Positions 40,742-52,089 of a DNA stretch of 64,000 nt are shown here, one piece after another; position 1 is the stretch's first letter; the number at the start of each line of letters is the position of its first letter. The notes beneath the pieces are model-generated. The model was not told where the DNA came from and searched no databases. It saw nothing but the letters and a program-made list of their open reading frames with translations. The position numbers and the translations under genes are program-made. This stretch comes from an uncultured Chloroflexia bacterium (GTDB lineage Bacteria > Chloroflexota > Limnocylindria > Limnocylindrales > CSP1-4). Where the stretch lies: assembly GCA_963752475.1 (NCBI GenBank), contig CAVVYR010000001.1, positions 160,001 to 224,000 of the forward strand, written 5' to 3'.

Positions 40742-42307
40742 ACGGCTCCAAGTTGGTGGACGTCGCCGAAGCCGTCGCTCGCATCGAGGACGGTCAGACC
40801 GTAGCGGTCGGCGGCAGCGGCCACTTGCTCCAGGTCCCGGACGGCGTCCTGTCCGCTATGGGCAGCCGCTTCCTCGAGACGGGGTCACCGGCTGGCCTGA
40901 CGGTCGTACACACCATGGGCATCGGCGACAACGCCGACCGTGGCATGGGCCGACTGGCGCATCCCGGACTGGTGCACCGATATATCGGCTCCCACTACGG
41001 CCACAACCCGGCGATCATGCGCATGATCGCCGAGGATGAGGTAGAGGCGCTGGGCATCCCCGGCGGCACGCTCTCGCTGCTGTACCGCGAGATCGCCGGT
41101 CACAGGCCGGGGCTCGTGACCAAGGTCGGCCTCGGGACGTTCGTCGATCCACGGGTCGACGGCGGACGGATGAATGGCGGAACGCAGGGTCCATCGCCGA
41201 GCACATCGAACTGGCCGGCGAGGAATGGTTGTTCTACGCAGCATTCCCCATTGACGTCGGCATCATCCGGGCCACCACAGCTGACCCCAGGGGCAACCTC
41301 ACCATGGAGGACGAGGCCGGCTATGCCGACAACCTCGCCCTGGCCTCGGCCGTGCACAACTCCGGCGGCTACGTCATCGCCGAGGTCAAGCGTGTGGCTG
41401 AGACCGGCTCGCTGCCGCCCAAGTCCGTGCGCGTGCCGGGCATCCTCATCGACGCCATCGTGATCGATCGCGACCAGCACCAGACGGGGGCGACCGTGTA
41501 CAGCCCGTACCTGGCTGGTGCGCTTCGTTCGCCGGGGACGTCCATCCCGCGACTGGAGCATGGCCCCCGCAAGCTCATCGCTCGCCGCGCTGCCGACGAG
41601 CTCCGGCCCGGCGATGTCGTCAACCTTGGCTACGGGATCTCCAATGGTGTCGCCTCGGTGCTGGCTGAGGAAGGGCACTACAACGACGTCTCCTTCAGTA
41701 TCGAGCAAGGCATCGTGGGCGGCGTGCCAGGCGTCGGCCTCGATTGGGGACTGCCGTGAACGCAGAGGCCTACGTCGATGAAGGTGCGCAGTTCGACCTC
41801 TACGATGGCGGTGCCCTCGACGTCGCCTGCGTCGCCTTCGGCGAGGTGGACGCCCTGGGCAACGTGAACGTCAGCAAGCTCGGCGGACGTGCTGTCGGAC
41901 CCGGAGGCTTCATCAACATCACACAGAACTCGCACAAGGTAGTCTTCTGCGGGACGCTCACCGGCGGTGGACTCGAGGTCGCGATAGATGACGATCGTCT
42001 TCGCATCATCCGAGAAGGCCGGTACACCAAGTTCGTGGAACGCGTGGAGCACATCACGTTCGCAGCGAATGCGGGTTCTTCATCCGACCAAGCAGTCGTC
42101 TACGTCACCGAGCGTGCGGTCTTCCGGCTCACCGAGCACGGCCTCGAGCTCACCGAGATCGCGCCGGGGATCGATCCCAGCCAGGATGTCATGGAACACA
42201 TGGACTTCCGCCCATCGATCGCGGACCCCCTCGCGACCATGGACCTGCGCCTGCTACGCCGGGGTCCGATGGGGCGCATCCCGGGCCTCGGTGGGCCGGG
42301 AACATGA
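40738..42307 (+). CDS. Fused family I CoA-transferase, YdiF/Pct-like (frameshifts near 41190 and 41750)
   Basis: TKVGLGTFVDPR, VNLGYGI, IEQG, GNVNVSK, GPGGFINI, YVTERAVF. Confidence 0.85.
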
Positions 42308-43098
42308 ACACCCAGGGGAAGCTGACAGGCCGGGTAGCGGTCGTTACTGGGGCCGGTGGCGACATCGGCCGTGCCATCGTCGTGCGCCTAGCAGGCGAAG
42401 GGGCGGCGGTGCTCGCGACCGCGCGCCGACGGGCTTCGCTCGACGAGACCCTGCGCCAGGCGACGACACACGGCGGTGGACCCGTGCGACCCCTCGCCGT
42501 CGATGTCACCGAGCCGGACGACCCGGCCGAAATCGTCCCGGCCACGCAGCGCGAGTTCGGCTCCCCTCCCGACATCCTCGTGTGCTGCGCGGGAGTGCAG
42601 ACGTTCGCGGACATCTTCGAGTTGCCCATCGCTGATTGGGATCACATCTTCGACGTCAACACGCGTGGCACCTTCCTGACCGTCCGACCGGTCGCCGAGG
42701 CCATGCAGGCGGCTGGACGTGGCTCCATCGTCACAGTGGCGTCGATACAGGGCCGCCTTGGGAACCGCTGGTTCGCGCACTACGCGGCATCGAAGGCGGC
42801 GGTGCTCAGCCTGACCAAGTCATTCGCCACCGCGCTCGCAACACGGCACGTACGGGTCAACGCCGTGGCGCCGGGGATCATCGACGCTGGGCTGGCGCAT
42901 CGGGCGAACGACGAGCTAGCGCGGCTTCAGGGACTGGCGCCAGGCGAACCCATGCGACAGCGGGTCGCCACGGTGCCGCTGGGTCGCGCGGGCACACCCG
43001 CCGACGTGGCCAACGCCGTCTTGTTCCTTGCCTCCGACGAAGCCGACTACATCACGGGGGAATGCATCCACGTCTGCGGCGGGGATGTGATGCTGTGA
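42304..43098 (+). CDS. SDR oxidoreductase
   Basis: TGAGGDIG, HYAASKA, VNAVAPG. Confidence 0.9.
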   Translation: MNTQGKLTGRVAVVTGAGGDIGRAIVVRLAGEGAAVLATARRRASLDETLRQATTHGGGPVRPLAVDVTEPDDPAEIVPATQREFGSPPDILVCCAGVQTFADIFELPIADWDHIFDVNTRGTFLTVRPVAEAMQAAGRGSIVTVASIQGRLGNRWFAHYAASKAAVLSLTKSFATALATRHVRVNAVAPGIIDAGLAHRANDELARLQGLAPGEPMRQRVATVPLGRAGTPADVANAVLFLASDEADYITGECIHVCGGDVML

Positions 43099-43158
43099 GT
43101 TAGGCCGGTCAAGGACGTTCGCGGCATAGGGTGCTTGGGGAAGAGAGGGGAGACACGG

Positions 43159-43659
43159 ATGGAAAGTGGCCGTCTTCAGTACGAGGACCTGCATGTCGGA
43201 CTGCAGTTCGAAAGCCCGACGCGGACCGTGACCGAGGCCGATGTGGTCATGTTCGCGGCCCTCACCGGGGACTGGTCCGAGCTACACACGAGCGAGGCCT
43301 TCGCCCGCCACACACAGTACGGCCGACGGGTCGCGCACGGGCTGCTTGGACTGGCCATCGCGCACGGGCTCATGTGGCCTCGCACCAACGCGTTGCGTGA
43401 CATCGCCGTCGCCTTCCTGGGGCTCTCCGACTGGCGCTTCCGCGGACCCATCTTCCTCGGCGACACCATCTACGTCGTGTACCGCGTCGCGGAGTTGCGG
43501 GACAGCCGCTCTCAGCCCGGCCAGGCGATCGTCACGTTCGAAGTGGAGCTGCGCAACGACGACGGCGAGATCGTGCAGCAGGGCCGCAAGGCGCTCCTGG
43601 TGTCGAAGACGCCGTTGGCGGCTACAGCAACGAGCCGGACCGCGGACCGAGGGAGCTGA
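43159..43659 (+). CDS. MaoC/PaaZ-type (R)-dehydratase
   Basis: RTVTEADV..FAALTGD..LH, RVAHG, PIFLGDT. Confidence 0.88.
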   Translation: MESGRLQYEDLHVGLQFESPTRTVTEADVVMFAALTGDWSELHTSEAFARHTQYGRRVAHGLLGLAIAHGLMWPRTNALRDIAVAFLGLSDWRFRGPIFLGDTIYVVYRVAELRDSRSQPGQAIVTFEVELRNDDGEIVQQGRKALLVSKTPLAATATSRTADRGS

Positions 43660-43661
43660 CG

Positions 43662-44945
43662 GTGGCGCTCCCCTACGACGGCATCACCATCCTCGACTTC
43701 ACGCAGCTGGAACAGGGCCCCTCGGGCACCCTGATGCTCGCGGACTTCGGGGCGGAGGTCATCAAGATCGAGCGCATCGAGGCGGGCGAAGCCGGCCGCG
43801 GACAGGTGCCCTCCTACCGGGGCATGAGCTGCCACTGGGCTGCCAACAATCGCAACAAGCTGAGCCTCAGCGTCGACCTCAAGCATCCGGCCGGGCGCGG
43901 GCTCGTTCGTCGACTGGCTCGTGGCGCCGACATCATCGCCAGCAACTTCCGCCCGGGCGTCATGGAGCGTCTGGGCTTCGGATTCGACGAGATGCGCAAG
44001 GTGAACCCCCGCATTATCTGCGCCTATGCGTCCGGCTACGGACAGTCGGGCCCGTATCGGGATCGGCGCGGCCAGGACCTGGCCGCGCAGGCGATGGGCG
44101 GCATCATGGACCTCACCGGTGATGCTGACGGGCCACCCACCCCGATCGGGACGTTCGCGGTGGACTATCTGGCTGCCATGCAATTCGCCATCGGCATGAT
44201 GGCCGCGCTCGCGGCTCGTGAGCAGACTGGTGAAGGACAGGTCGTCGACAGCTGCCTGATGAACGCGTCGCTGGCGCTTCACCACCAGGAGGCCACGGCC
44301 TTCCTGAATACCGGTCGGCTGTACCCGCGACCACCACACGGCATCGCCCACGCCCACAACACGCCGCTCTACGCCCGGTATCAGTGTGCGGACGGACGCT
44401 GGCTGGTGCTGATCGCGGAGTTCTACGTCACCGAGCCATGGCAGCGCATGTCGCGTGCGCTTGGACTCGATGCTGCGATCGCTGACGACCCGCGATTCGC
44501 CACCGTCGATGCGATCGAGGCCCACGGTGAAGCGGCACACAGGGTGTTGAGCGAAGCGTTCGCGAAACTCGATCGCGAAACAGCCCTGGGCCGTCTCACC
44601 GAGGAGGACGTACTCGCCGCACCGGTCAACTCCTACCCGGAGGTCTTCGCCGATCCACAACTGCAGCACAACGACATGATCCTCGATGCACATCGACCTG
44701 AACTCGGGCGATTCAGGCTCGTGGGCATGCCGATCAAGCTCTCGGCTACGCCGGCCCGGTTGCGGCACGCACCACCGACGGTCGGCGAGCACAACCGGTC
44801 CTTCCTCCTCGCTCGTGGCTTCAGCCTTGAGGAGATCGAGCAACTGCAGTCGCAAGGGGTCGTCGGATCGGAGGCTGAGCGACAGCGAGACGAGGGCGTC
44901 GTGGCCTGGGGTAGTGATCCGGATCTGCGTGAGACCAAGGCATGA
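43662..44945 (+). CDS. Family III CoA-transferase (CaiB/BaiF)
   Basis: LADFGAEVIKIE, NRNK, NFRPG, GQDLAAQAMGG. Confidence 0.9.
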   Translation: MALPYDGITILDFTQLEQGPSGTLMLADFGAEVIKIERIEAGEAGRGQVPSYRGMSCHWAANNRNKLSLSVDLKHPAGRGLVRRLARGADIIASNFRPGVMERLGFGFDEMRKVNPRIICAYASGYGQSGPYRDRRGQDLAAQAMGGIMDLTGDADGPPTPIGTFAVDYLAAMQFAIGMMAALAAREQTGEGQVVDSCLMNASLALHHQEATAFLNTGRLYPRPPHGIAHAHNTPLYARYQCADGRWLVLIAEFYVTEPWQRMSRALGLDAAIADDPRFATVDAIEAHGEAAHRVLSEAFAKLDRETALGRLTEEDVLAAPVNSYPEVFADPQLQHNDMILDAHRPELGRFRLVGMPIKLSATPARLRHAPPTVGEHNRSFLLARGFSLEEIEQLQSQGVVGSEAERQRDEGVVAWGSDPDLRETKA

Positions 44946-46183
44946 CCGGCGGCCGGGAAGAACGAGCCGAGCCCTATCCGCCGATGTTCCCGGGCGGCAA
45001 CCGGATCGGCGTCGAGGAGGAGGCGGCGGTCCTCGAAGTCGTCCGTAGCAAGCGTCTCTTCCGCTACGGTGGCATCAAGGAAGGTCCGTCCGCCGTCGAG
45101 GCATTCGAAGTCGCGTTCGCTGCAACGCTGTCCGTCCGACATGCGATCGCGGTGGGGTCGGGCACGTTGGCGCTGATGACCGCGTTGGCCGCTGCCAGGG
45201 TTGGACCGGGCGACCAGGTCATCGTGCCGGCCTATACGTGGGTCTCGACCGCCGCGGCCGTCCTTGCGGTAGGCGCGGTGCCAGTGATCGCTGAGGTCGA
45301 CGACACGTTGACCATCGATGTCGAGGATGCGGCCCGGCGGATCAACGACCGGACAAAGGCCATCATCCCCGTCCACATGCGCGGCGCTCCCGCGGATATG
45401 GACGCGGTCTCGCTACTGGCCGAGCGGGTCGGGCTCTTCGTCATCGAAGACGCCGCTCAGGCCATCGGCGGTCGCTATCGAGGCCGCCGCCTCGGTACGA
45501 TCGGCGACCTTGGGTGCTTCAGCCTCCAATTCAACAAAATCATTACCTGTGGCGAGGGCGGCGTGGTCGCATCGGATGACCGGAAGCTCTACGAGCGCGC
45601 GCTGCTCTATCAGGACGTCGCCGCGAGCCAGCGTTCGCACCTGGACCAGGATCTCGCATTCTTCGGCATCGTCGCGCGCATGTCCGAACTCCAGGGAGCG
45701 GTCGCCTGTGTCCAGGTGCGCAAGCTCGACGACATCGTCGGTGACTGCCGGGCGAACCGAGCTCGGATCAGCGCGGAGATCGCGAGCGATCTTGCCGAGC
45801 ACGGTATTCACTTGCGACGCTGCCACGACCCAGCTGGTGACACAGGGATCGCGCTGGTACTGCTGTGCCCTGATGCCCCGACCGCCAAGCGACTGTCGAG
45901 CGCCCTGAGCACTGCGCAGGTACCGGTGCGGGTGCTCTTCGAGCCGGATCGGGAGGACCTGCATGTCGCCTACCACTGGAGGCCGCTGCTCAAACGGCAG
46001 AGTTGGTCAAGGACGACGCCATGGGACCAGGCCGGCGTGTCGGTCGACGCTGGGCCCGAGAGCTGGGAACGGTCCCTGGACGTGCTCGGTCGTGCCGTCC
46101 ACATCGACGTCAGCCCGGATCTCACGGAGTCGCACATCGACCGCCTGGTGGGCTCGCTGCGGACCGCCGTGGCCCGATCCTGA
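44942..46183 (+). CDS. DegT/DnrJ/EryC1/StrS PLP aminotransferase (KdnA-like N-terminus)
   Basis: GSGTLAL, EDAAQA, SLQFNKIITCGEGG. Confidence 0.9.
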   Translation: MTGGREERAEPYPPMFPGGNRIGVEEEAAVLEVVRSKRLFRYGGIKEGPSAVEAFEVAFAATLSVRHAIAVGSGTLALMTALAAARVGPGDQVIVPAYTWVSTAAAVLAVGAVPVIAEVDDTLTIDVEDAARRINDRTKAIIPVHMRGAPADMDAVSLLAERVGLFVIEDAAQAIGGRYRGRRLGTIGDLGCFSLQFNKIITCGEGGVVASDDRKLYERALLYQDVAASQRSHLDQDLAFFGIVARMSELQGAVACVQVRKLDDIVGDCRANRARISAEIASDLAEHGIHLRRCHDPAGDTGIALVLLCPDAPTAKRLSSALSTAQVPVRVLFEPDREDLHVAYHWRPLLKRQSWSRTTPWDQAGVSVDAGPESWERSLDVLGRAVHIDVSPDLTESHIDRLVGSLRTAVARS

Positions 46184-46200
46184 CCTGCTGAATCAAGACC

Positions 46201-46251
46201 TTGACAGCGTTCGAGGCCGTGGCATAGTACGTAGGGTGTAACAGCGTTACA
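46201..46251 (+). promoter_or_regulatory. Promoter with downstream operator, copy 3
   Basis: TTGACA at 46201, CATAGT/TAGTAC about 16-18 nt later, TGTAAC-AGC-GTTACA at 46237-46251. Confidence 0.72.
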
Positions 46252-46360
46252 CTCTAGCTGTTCCGCGTGAGACTGGAAGAGAAGCCGACCGGGCGGAGCC
46301 AACGGGGACTGACTCCGAGAGGGACACTCCAGGCTCGGTCGATGGGAGCATCCGATCGCG

Positions 46361-47233
46361 ATGAGTGGACGAGGCACGCCGCCACGGAGCGGTGACATCA
46401 CCCCGGAGATGATCTCAGGTTCGGGCGGCCAGACGCTTCGCCGGCCGACCTCGGGTTCGTTGAGGCGACGGCGACTTCGTGCAATGCTCGCTACGGTCGG
46501 CCCCCCGGCGATCACGTTCGGAGTCCTCATCTTCATGTGGTGGCTGGCCGTCTGGTATTTCGAGGTCCCGGTCTATCTCGTGCCATCGCCGGAGCTGGTC
46601 CTGCCCAGCCTCGTCGAGTACTGGCCAGACCTCTGGGTGAACACGCAGTTCACGGTCACCGCCGTTCTGCTGGGCTTTGGGGCAAGCATCGTGACTGCCA
46701 TCCCGATGGGCTACGCCATCGCCATCTCGCGGACGACCAAGCAGGCGGCCTATCCGGTCCTCGTCTTCATCCAGCTCATCCCGAAGATCGCGATCGCGCC
46801 GCTGTTCGTGGTCTGGTTCGGCTTCGCCCTTGAATTGAAGGTCATGCTGACGACGCTGCTGACATTCTTCCCGCTGCTGCTCGCGAGCATCGCCGGCTTC
46901 CAGACGCTCGATGAACGCGTCTTGTATCTCACACGCACCATGGGAGCCTCAAGGTGGCAAACCTTCTGGTTCGTGCGCCTGCCGAGTGCCCTACCGGTCA
47001 TCTTCTCCGGCCTCAAGGTCAGCGCTACCATCGCGGTGACGGCCGCCATCGTGGCCGAGTTCGTGGGTTCCAACAACGGCCTCGGGTACCGCCTGCTGGT
47101 GGCCAGCCAGTACCTGGACACGCCGCTGATCTTCGCGATCCTGCTACTCATGACGATCATCGGCCTGGCGCTGAACTACGCCGTCGAGATCGTCGAGTAC
47201 TTCGTCCTGCCGTGGAGGCGGGTAGAGACATGA
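46361..47233 (+). CDS. NitT/TauT ABC permease
   Basis: PKIAIAPL, LPSALP, AIVAEFVG..GLG. Confidence 0.88.
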   Translation: MSGRGTPPRSGDITPEMISGSGGQTLRRPTSGSLRRRRLRAMLATVGPPAITFGVLIFMWWLAVWYFEVPVYLVPSPELVLPSLVEYWPDLWVNTQFTVTAVLLGFGASIVTAIPMGYAIAISRTTKQAAYPVLVFIQLIPKIAIAPLFVVWFGFALELKVMLTTLLTFFPLLLASIAGFQTLDERVLYLTRTMGASRWQTFWFVRLPSALPVIFSGLKVSATIAVTAAIVAEFVGSNNGLGYRLLVASQYLDTPLIFAILLLMTIIGLALNYAVEIVEYFVLPWRRVET

Positions 47234-47364
47234 CACCGGTCCCATCAGGGAGGTAGGCGATGGCCCATGACCCGTGAAGCCGAAGGTCGATCGATGACAT
47301 CGGGTTCGTAGGAACGTTCGGCCGCTCGAATGGCGGTCAGACACATAAGGAGGAAGGAGACAGG

Positions 47365-48444
47365 ATGGTACAGACGAAGAGGCACCGCGTCCGGGCCGGG
47401 ACAGCCCTGTTTATGGCGGTTCCGCTCGCCGCCGCGATGAGTACATCATCGGTGGTGGCGCAGGATGGTGAGTCGATGGCATGTGTGCCGAGCGATCCCG
47501 CGACCCCCATCAGCTTCCAGCTGAACTTCACGGCCGGCGGCTACAACGCGCCGTTCGCGCTCGCGGAACTGGAGGGCTACTACGACGACGTGGGGCTCAA
47601 TGTCGACATCGTCAAGGGTCAGGGCTCGGGCACCACGGCGCGCCTGGTCGCTTCGGGCCAGGCTGGCCTCGCCTATGCGGACTCCTCGGCGGTCGCCCAG
47701 GTCATCGCCCAGGGCGCGGATATGAAGATCCTTTCGACCATCTATCAGTCGAGCCCCAACGCCATCAACGCTCTTGCCGACTCGGGCATCGAGTCAGTGG
47801 CGGATCTCGAGGGGCGTACGCTCGGCGAGCCCATCGGCGAGTCCGGAAGCGCGCTACTGTCGCTTCTGCTGGAGTCGAACGGACTGACGCGCGACGACCT
47901 CGATATCGTGCCGCTGCCAGGTACGTCGCTAGTCGGTGCGCTCACGCAGGGCCAGGTCGATGCCATCCTCGGTTCCACCGAGGGCTACAACCTCGTCCTC
48001 GAGGAGCAAGGCTTCGACGTCACAGTGCTGCCCTATGCCGAATGGGGCGTACCCACCATCAGCACCTCGATGCTCGCTTCGGAGCGCTTCCTCGAGGAGA
48101 ATGCCAACGCCGTGCGCTGCTTCGTCGAAGCCAGTTTGAAGGGCTGGGACGAGGCCATCAAGCGGCCCGACGACGCCATCGCGGCGCTCGTGGAGTACTT
48201 CCCGTTCGACACCCGTCCGGAGCTCAACACGCGACAGCTCGAGTCCGCCATCGACCTGGTCTGCGCCAATGGTGCGCAGTTCGTCGGCAAGGCCGAGCCG
48301 GAAGCATGGGAGGCCTCGGTCGAGATCTGGCAGGACTTCTTCGGGCTCTCGCTCGATGTCCCGGCGACCGAGTACTACACGTACGACTTCCTGCCGGAGA
48401 CATTGCCGACGGCATGCCCGTTGGAGGAGGAGATGGCCGAGTAG
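47365..48444 (+). CDS. NMT1/THI5-like ABC substrate-binding protein
   Basis: Signal peptide, GYYDDVGLNVDI..GQGS, GIESVADLEG. Confidence 0.85.
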   Translation: MVQTKRHRVRAGTALFMAVPLAAAMSTSSVVAQDGESMACVPSDPATPISFQLNFTAGGYNAPFALAELEGYYDDVGLNVDIVKGQGSGTTARLVASGQAGLAYADSSAVAQVIAQGADMKILSTIYQSSPNAINALADSGIESVADLEGRTLGEPIGESGSALLSLLLESNGLTRDDLDIVPLPGTSLVGALTQGQVDAILGSTEGYNLVLEEQGFDVTVLPYAEWGVPTISTSMLASERFLEENANAVRCFVEASLKGWDEAIKRPDDAIAALVEYFPFDTRPELNTRQLESAIDLVCANGAQFVGKAEPEAWEASVEIWQDFFGLSLDVPATEYYTYDFLPETLPTACPLEEEMAE

Positions 48445-48475
48445 TCGGCGCACGTCGTAGCGCGGAGCTGAGCGA

Positions 48476-49319
48476 GTGACACAGGCCCGGAACGAACACG
48501 AACCAAAGCGCCAGCGTGGCGTGTCGATCGATATCGATGGCGTCACGATGGTCTTCAATCCCGAGACCAACCCGTTCCAAGCCCTCTTGGAGATCTTGCT
48601 CAGCGTCAAGCCCGGTGAATTCGTGAGCGTGGTCGGGCCGAGCGGCTGCGGCAAGAGCACCCTGATGCTCCTGACCGCTGGACTGCTCCGTCCGTCCACC
48701 GGCGAGATCCGAGTCGACGAGGAACGAATCGAATCCGCCCTGACCGATGTCGGCGTCGTCTTCCAGGACGACCTGCTGCTCGAGTTCCGGACTGCCGAGA
48801 AGAACGTGTCGCTGCAAGGGCAGATGCGGAAGCTGGACATGGATCGCATCCGTGAGCGCACGGGCCAGCTGATGGAACAACTGGGCGTGGCCCAAGCAGC
48901 AGACAAGTATCCCAAGCAGCTCTCCGGCGGGATGCGCCAGCGAGTTGCCATCGCGAGAGCACTCGTCCACGACCCCTCCGTGCTGCTGATGGACGAGCCG
49001 TTCGGGGCACTCGACGCATTGACGCGACTTCAGGTCCGGCACGACCTGGAGCAGCTCTGGATGCGGGAGCGCCCGACCGTGCTCTTCATCACCCACAGCG
49101 TCGAAGAAGCGGTCGGCCTGTCGGACCGGGTCGATCGTGTTTTCGCCGTCTCCAGGCCGAATTGTGGAGGAGGTACTCGTCGACCTGCCCCGGCCCAGGC
49201 CACTCGCCCTCGGTGAGACGGCGGAGTTGGCCGAGCGCGCCGATGGGATCTACCGCACATTCGAGGAGATGGGCGTCCTGTCCGAGGAGGATCTACCAGG
49301 CGAAGCCCGGTCTCTGTAG
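48476..49319 (+). CDS. NitT/TauT ABC ATP-binding protein (frameshift near 49135)
   Basis: [25 protein letters not shown]; PGRI..LPRPR in the next frame. Confidence 0.88.
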
Positions 49320-49350
49320 TTCGGCACGCTAGCCCGCCGGAACCGACGCG

Positions 49351-50292
49351 ATGGGCCGCATACCCGGATGCTCAGCCACGACCCTCTCGCTCGCGGTGGT
49401 GTACTTCATCTGGGGTGCCATCTATCTGGCGATCCGTTTCGGGCTCGATACCTTTCCACCCTTCATCCTCAATGGGCTGCGCTACTCGCTGGCCGGAGGC
49501 GCGATGTTCCTCGTGCTCCTCGCGCTGGGGACACCAAGCCCGACTCGACGGCAATGGTGGAACCTCGTCCGCGTGGCGGCTCTGATGATGGTCGGCGGAG
49601 CCGGGCTCGTGACCGTCGCGCAGGATGTCGGTGTCGGATCCGGGCTCACCGCCACGGCAGTCGCGATGATCCCAGTGTGGGCGGCCCTCGTCGCGGGCGT
49701 CCTTGGGACCTGGCCACGCCACGTAGAGTGGGTGGGACTCGCGGTCGGGTTGCTCGGTGTCGGGCTGCTATCCCAGGAAGGCGACTTCCAGTCGAGCACC
49801 CTCGGGACGGCGTTGGTGATCATCGGCCCGGCCCTGTGGGCGCTGGGGTCGGTGTGGCAGACGCGCCTGGATACGCCACAACCAGCGATGGCGACGGCCG
49901 GGACCCTACTGAGTGGGGGTACGGCGCTCCTCGTGCTCGGCGTGCTTGCTGGTGAGCGCATAACGGTCGCGCCGACCGTCGAGTCTCTGGCTGCCCTACT
50001 CTTCCTCATCGTATTCGGCTCGATCGTCGGCTACACGGCCTATGTGTACCTGCTGCGGCATACGAGCGCTGTGATGGCAACCAGCTATGCCTACGTCAAT
50101 CCGGCCATCGCGGTTGTGCTCGGCATGACGATCGGCGGCGAAACGATCACGGGGCCGCTGGTGGTGGCACTACCATTGATCCTCGCGGGTGTCGCCATCG
50201 TCACGCTGGCTCAGCGTGGATCCCGAGTGGTCGCTCCCGAAGCCATCTCCAGCGAGCCGGCTGAGCTAACCGAGGCCGACGGCCGCCGGTGA
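49351..50292 (+). CDS. EamA/DMT transporter (YedA-like)
   Basis: VYFIWG..YLAI, SYAYVNPAIAV; about 10 TM. Confidence 0.88.
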   Translation: MGRIPGCSATTLSLAVVYFIWGAIYLAIRFGLDTFPPFILNGLRYSLAGGAMFLVLLALGTPSPTRRQWWNLVRVAALMMVGGAGLVTVAQDVGVGSGLTATAVAMIPVWAALVAGVLGTWPRHVEWVGLAVGLLGVGLLSQEGDFQSSTLGTALVIIGPALWALGSVWQTRLDTPQPAMATAGTLLSGGTALLVLGVLAGERITVAPTVESLAALLFLIVFGSIVGYTAYVYLLRHTSAVMATSYAYVNPAIAVVLGMTIGGETITGPLVVALPLILAGVAIVTLAQRGSRVVAPEAISSEPAELTEADGRR

Positions 50293-50704
50293 TCGGGGAG
50301 CCCGACACCTCCATGCCACCCGGGGTCGGCGCCCACTTTGCCACAAGCGGCTCAGGGCTCCTGACCCACCGGTGACGTGTCGGCCATGGGGCAGATCGTC
50401 GACCCGGCGCTGTGGTCGACGGAGCAGATGAGACGGGAGCGACGCCGGTCGCGGACACCAGGTCGCATCGAGACGGGAACGTACCCAACGAGGCTCTGCT
50501 ACGCCGGCTGCGCAAGCGTCGTGGACGAGGACGGAGGGCGCGGAACCCGCGTGTCGACGCTGGTCTGACAGGCTCGGGACATCCCTCGTCGGCGACAGCG
50601 CCCGGCTGGAGTCGGTGTTCTCGCACAAATCGAGGTGAGTGGACACGCCACTGCAGAGGCAACGCGCGCCACCGATCACTACCTCAGCTAGCCATCGGTC
50701 TGTA

Positions 50705-50795
50705 GCACTCAGCGCGTCCTTCACGTATTCGGCGGTGTCGATGAAGCGGCAGAACACGATCGGTGCGTAGCCGCCCGCAACGAGGCCCTTGAACG
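50705..50795 (-). pseudogene. Short SF2/SNF2 helicase remnant
   Basis: GYAPIVFCRFIDTAEYV resembles helicase motif IV. Confidence 0.45.
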
Positions 50796-50829
50796 TCGGT
50801 GTCGCGGGCCCACTGCACGAGCGCCCGCG

Positions 50830-51121
50830 TCATCGATCCGCTCCCGTCGCTTCGGCGGACGCGCTCGCTAGCTCGGCGGAGCTCGCGGCGACGAGGGCAT
50901 CGAGCGTCGCCGCCGCAGCACGGCCGAGGGCCGGGCTCACGCGCGCGTACGTGTTCATGGTCAGGCCGATCTGGCTGTGGCCCAACACCTCCATCACGAC
51001 CCGCGGCGCTACGCCCTGGGCCAGCATCAGCGAGGCGCACGCGTGGCGGAGATCGTGGAAGCGCTGATGTCGCAGGCCCGCCGACCGCAACAGTCCCTGC
51101 AACCGCCGCGTGACGGTGATG
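50830..51121 (-). pseudogene. Tyrosine integrase C-terminal fragment truncated by IS3
   Basis: RFHDLRHACAS..LGHSQIGLTMNTY. Confidence 0.85.
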
Positions 51122-51161
51122 TGAAGCGCCCTGGGTTTCGTGGAGACTCGGACGATAGGGT

Positions 51162-52084
<923 letters not shown>

Positions 52085-52089
52085 CTATG

